DNA of 62,238 nucleotides, counting the filler, from Bipalium vagum (Eukaryota), in NCBI GenBank assembly GCA_037834085.1. It is 3 parts of 3 records of this genome, joined end to end, with 100 filler letters (N's around TTAATTAATTAA, not from the genome) between each part and the next. Parts side by side here need not be neighbours in the genome. Positions count along the whole stretch, not along the records: positions 41,632 to 62,238 come from JBBMKC010249604.1; 2 more parts are not named here. The stretch is one strand, 5' to 3'. Shown piece by piece: positions 47,201-62,238 of this stretch (position 1 is the stretch's first letter; every line of letters starts with the position of its first letter). The notes under the pieces were generated by a model. It saw nothing but the letters and a program-made list of their open reading frames with translations. It made no database searches and was not told the origin of the DNA. The translations under genes were made by a program, and so were the position numbers.

Positions 47201-49715
47201 CAATGAAAACTCAGAAGGCTGCGCTCAATAGCAAAGATTCTCTTAGAAGAAATTATTTTTAGATATGGAGCTCCTAGAAAATTGCTCACGGACAGAGAAA
47301 CAAATTTTATGAGCGAATTGCTAAAAGAGATATATGTTTTATTTGCTATACTTAAACTTAATACATCACGGTATAGACCGCAAACGGATGGGCTAGTAGA
47401 AAGATTTAATGGAACATTACTCAAGATGCTATCTTCATACACTAAAAAAATGTCAAACAGATTGGGATGTACACATATCGTCATGTTTATTTGCATACAG
47501 AAACGCAGTTCATACTGGTACACAAGAGACGCCATTCTATCTAATGTATTTAAGAAACAACAATATGCCGATTGATTTAGAATATGTAAAATCGACTTCA
47601 CAATATCTGAAGGAAGGAGATTATAAAGTAGTAATGCATAAAAGACTACAGGAAGCATGGGAAAAAGCGGGACTCAATATAAGATACGGACAGGAAAAAT
47701 ACAAAGAACGATACTATAGAACGGCGAAAGAACATAATTTTAAACGCGCTTTTATAGCCGATTACAGAGCCACTGACCACGGAATAATCCAAGAAATAGC
47801 TCAGGGACAAATGGACGAGTTGGTAGCGAAATTAGACTTAAGCAAGTTGTTGGAGGAGAAAGTAGTAATAGGATATGAGGTTAAGAAGGCTTTGAAAGCA
47901 ATAAGAATCGATAGAAGCTGGCTAAGAGGGTATAGGGATTTGGTAACCTTACTCATCTTAAAGAAAGACAAATTGATTGCGTTAAGAAGAATGGAACAGC
48001 CTCCTTGAATTTATTGGTCCAATACTATGATAACAAGAGGATGACAGAAAGAAGAGAATATTTGGTCCTAACCAGAAATGCATCTTTCATGCAAGGTGTA
48101 TGGGCAAGTGTAGCTGAAAGATAAATCGAAAATGCAAGAAGAAAGAAGAAAGAAGGACACTATCCAAAAGGTGGAAGAAAAGAAGCCAATTTTGGAGCAA
48201 ATTAGAATGAATAGGAATGAAGTAATTAAAGAAATTGGCAAACATTTAATGCAAAAAATAGAGGAAAACCAACAACCAGCAGAATGTTGGAGGAAACCAT
48301 AATAGATGTTTAAGAGTCCTCAGATGAGAAACCATAGGAACAAATGCAGGTAGAAGAAGCAAAAAATAACACACCAAACAATGAGGATAATTTTTCAGAA
48401 AATAGTGAAGACGAACGAGAAAGAGAAGACTTGGCAAAGAAGTATGAAAAGTTTAGAAGAAGGTTTAAATCACCACCGGTGGATTTAGATGATAGTATTG
48501 AGGAATTTGAGGTGATATTAACTGGGGAAGAACATACCAGGAGGCAACGAGAGAAAGAAAAAAGAAGGAAACCGAAGTAAAAGTAGTAGTAACCGATTTT
48601 AAGCGGAAAGTAATGATTAAGAAGTTTCCTGAGGATAGAAGAAAACCAAAAGCAGATAAGTCGGAAGATGGTGAGATAATTATATTGACTGAGACAATAG
48701 ATTTGTCAAACAATACAGCAGAAGAAGAAGAGAATCAGGGGTTAATAGATTCAAGTATGGAAGAATTACAGAGAACTGAATTGCGGTTAACTTCATCATT
48801 AGCCGACATACACAGGATGAGTAAAACCAGCGGATAGTTTTAGAAAGAGATAATACTCGAATCGAACAAAACAGGCCAAGAGTTAGTATTGATCAACGAT
48901 TGGAAGAGGAAACACATAGTAAAATCACAACAAATGGAAGGAATAGAATATAACCGGGTCAGAGCTACAGAGAAGACGAAGAAGACCTAAAAGAAGAACC
49001 CAAAATAAACAATGATTAATAAACTTTTGTCTTATGATTACTTAGCTTTGGTGATGATAATACCAAATAAAACTTTCCGCTATTATGTATTAGTTGATTA
49101 CTATTACCAAATTCGGAGGATCAAATTTCTTTAAATCGGGAGAGTTTGTTGGGTTACCCAAAACACCCACTCGTTCGAAATGAAAATTGTAAAATTCTGC
49201 TCAAAATAATAATAATAATAATTAAATAATAATTTTAGCTAATTAAAATGTACAAAAGTTAATTAAAACGGAAAAAAGGCAATACATTATTTTTTTGGGA
49301 TCTAATCTTGCCAATGGCGAACCTAAAAAACTCTGTATACTAAAACTATTTCAATATATTTTACTTTGGATTAAATTATGATATTTCTTTATTATTTAAA
49401 ATATTAAAAAATTAATTCTTACAATATTTAGATTCCTAAAATAAATTTGTTCGCAAATTACATCACATGTTTTTAACCAAATTTAAATTATTGTTAATTA
49501 ACCCAATCTATATTATCAAAAGCTTTTATTAGCCCATTAAGCAAGAATATCTTTTAAATTTAATCATGATGAATTTTAAAAAATGATCTTGGAAATTTAA
49601 CAAAGATCCAAAATATTAGTTTTACTGTTTAAATAATAATCTCAAAGCAACAATTTTGAAAGTTTTTTGAATTTATTTGATAAAATAGTTTATTAATTCA
49701 GACATTTCTCTAATA

Positions 49716-60401
<10,686 letters not shown>

Positions 60402-61089
60402 ATTGAATAAAGAAGCATTTTGTGGTGGGTCAGACATTATTGGTTTTGATATTTTTTTAATATAAATTTAACTATATAATTGTTCACAATTAAGTTCACC
60501 AATATTTTTTGTGATTTTTATGTTTGACGAATATTTATTTTGCGGTATTCGATAAAATATATTTGATTGATTTTTAATTGTATTTTTGAATAATGACCAA
60601 TTGTGTAATTTGAAGAATAAATAAAAATTAGAGAACATGTGCAAAATTTTTTGATATTTATAGTACATTAAAACTTCAAGTTTTAAAACAATCTATGTAT
60701 CGATAATAGTAATAAGTATAGTAAAATTGTAATAAAAAGCTATTGAGGATTAAAAATTTTTTATAGAAATACCATAAAATGATATAACAAAATAGAGAAT
60801 TTTTATTGAAAATGAAGCATTTTAATATTATTTATAATTAAAAACGTTAGCTATTTTTATGTTATTGATTTCCCACTGACGTGTTTGATATTTTTAGTCT
60901 TTCACGTACTGCTAGGCATTTAGGATGAAATTTCATCGATTATAATTTTTGACAGAAGTTAAATAAATCTTGCTAGAGCTACCAGAGTGGTGCGAACGGA
61001 ATTGGCTTTCTCTATTAAGCGAAGTTTTTCAAAATATTTCATATTCCTGTTATATAATCCTTAAAATAAAATATAACATTAAAAAGTAA

Positions 61090-61330
61090 AATAAAAATAA
61101 TTTATAATTAATGCAAATATTCACGCCTACTGTAGTAGCTGCATGAAACCATTTATTTAATTCCTTTTCCACGGTGTTCTTTTCTTTGTGTTTTTTGTAT
61201 GTGTTCATTTTCCTCAGGTATCTCAAAATTTTCATGCAGCCAATATTCTTGTAATACATGACGTTATATTGTTGATTTCGAAACATCAGTTAAAATTGCA
61301 ACATCAGAACTGATTAAATTGCTGAAGATT
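61090..61330 (-). mobile_element. Possible pogo/Tigger (CENP-B HTH) fragment
   Basis: VEKELNKWFHAATTVGVNI resembles the LE..L..WF......G.PI CENP-B HTH pattern. Nothing else supports it. Confidence 0.35.
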
Positions 61331-62238
61331 ACCAGGTTCCTTTTTAATTTTATCCAACAACGCAATTGATTTTTTTTGAAAAGTGAAATCATTTCTTGGC
61401 ATATTAAAAATTAAAAACACTGAAAATGATATTATTTAAACAAAAACCACGAATTTTTCAAAAAACAAAAATCTTGTCCATATTAAACGAAGTAAATTAA
61501 TATGTCAGTATTTTCTGTTTTCGTTCTTTAAGTGTTATCCCAAATACACAGCAGTTTCGATTATGTGGTGTGTCAAATAAGCGAATCTACAGTATTAACA
61601 ATTTTTATTTAATCTGATGGCCGAATCTTTAATTAAGGTTATGTTTTACTGTAACTTTATGGGTGAAATGAATATCTATTGAAAATAGGTAATTCATTAA
61701 ATTCCGACACAAAATCACAATGATGTCCATTTTAATAACAAAGTGTCACAAGTTTCAGTCAATAACTCTGAATCAAACTCAATGCACGTTAATAGCCCAT
61801 TAAGATAACACCAATTGCCTTCCATTCAGAAACCTTAATTATTTACTGACATCTCATCTCCAAAATAAAATATTAATTAAATAATAAAAATAACTAATAT
61901 ATAAAGAAAATCAAAGAAGATTAATTTTTAATAAATCGATTTGAACTATTAATTTCATTAAATGGAGATAAAACCAAAATTTTAAATAAAATCAGGATAT
62001 TAAAATTAAAATACTATTGACCTTAGCAACATAAAAAATAGATGAGAAAAAATAAGATTACAGGTTTGATATTGATGGAATTTTTTTCATATACCACATA
62101 TTTTTGCCAAATTTCTGTAGTAACAATTTATTTTAAATGTAATATTATAGTGTATTAATTATTGGGTTTGAACACCGACAAAGATTTATTTATTACTTTT
62201 AAAATTACGACTTAACTTAGGGCTCACCAACTCCCGTT

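Larger units (their letters stand above)
42042..49325 (+). mobile_element. Ty3/Gypsy LTR retrotransposon, decayed (5' LTR 42042-42912, gag-pol ~43315-47750, extra 3' coding region, truncated 3' LTR from 49147)
   Basis: TGTT...AACA LTR, PBS at 42920 and gag with two CCHC knuckles. Then protease ALLDKGAT, RT (SSSPWAS, RMCIDYRKVN, MPFG, YLDDII), RNase H (TDASGYAVGAIL) and integrase (GGHL, TDRETNF, YRPQTDGLVERFNGTL). PPT GGGAGAG before TGTTGGG. Many stops and frameshifts. Confidence 0.95.

Noticed and set aside
60981-61001. ACCAGAGTGGTGCGAACGGAA resembling the tRNA-iMet 5' end
   Set aside because: Several mismatches, no B box or 3' half; it could equally be a TIR fragment.

Overview
Very AT-rich metazoan (invertebrate-type) nuclear DNA. 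It comprises three contigs joined by artificial 100-bp N-TTAATTAATTAA-N spacers (19126-19225, 41532-41631). Host genes: the 3' part of a divergent glypican (minus, 5109-18470; CWNG motif, furin site, very long EGSG-bearing stalk), an intronless SUMO/Rad60-like ORF with no di-Gly (19576-19908), an unidentified multi-exon minus-strand gene (~27407-39053) and a complete 7-exon SFT2 vesicle-transport gene (49716-60401). Tiny 36-49 nt introns alternate with kb-sized introns full of transposons. The rest is decayed mobile DNA: about a dozen Tc1/mariner/maT elements, hAT remnants, a Polinton/Maverick polB remnant, a tRNA-Trp-primed Gypsy element with mismatched LTRs, and related LTRs. The best candidate for a novel system is a miniature non-coding LTR element (1221-1485; 5-bp TSD, tRNA-Arg PBS, PPT) whose LTR is built around a tRNA-Ala-derived Pol III cassette. 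A second 120-bp copy (22633-22752) has the tRNA enclosed by perfect 21-bp inverted arms. All calls were made by eye; no database search was run.
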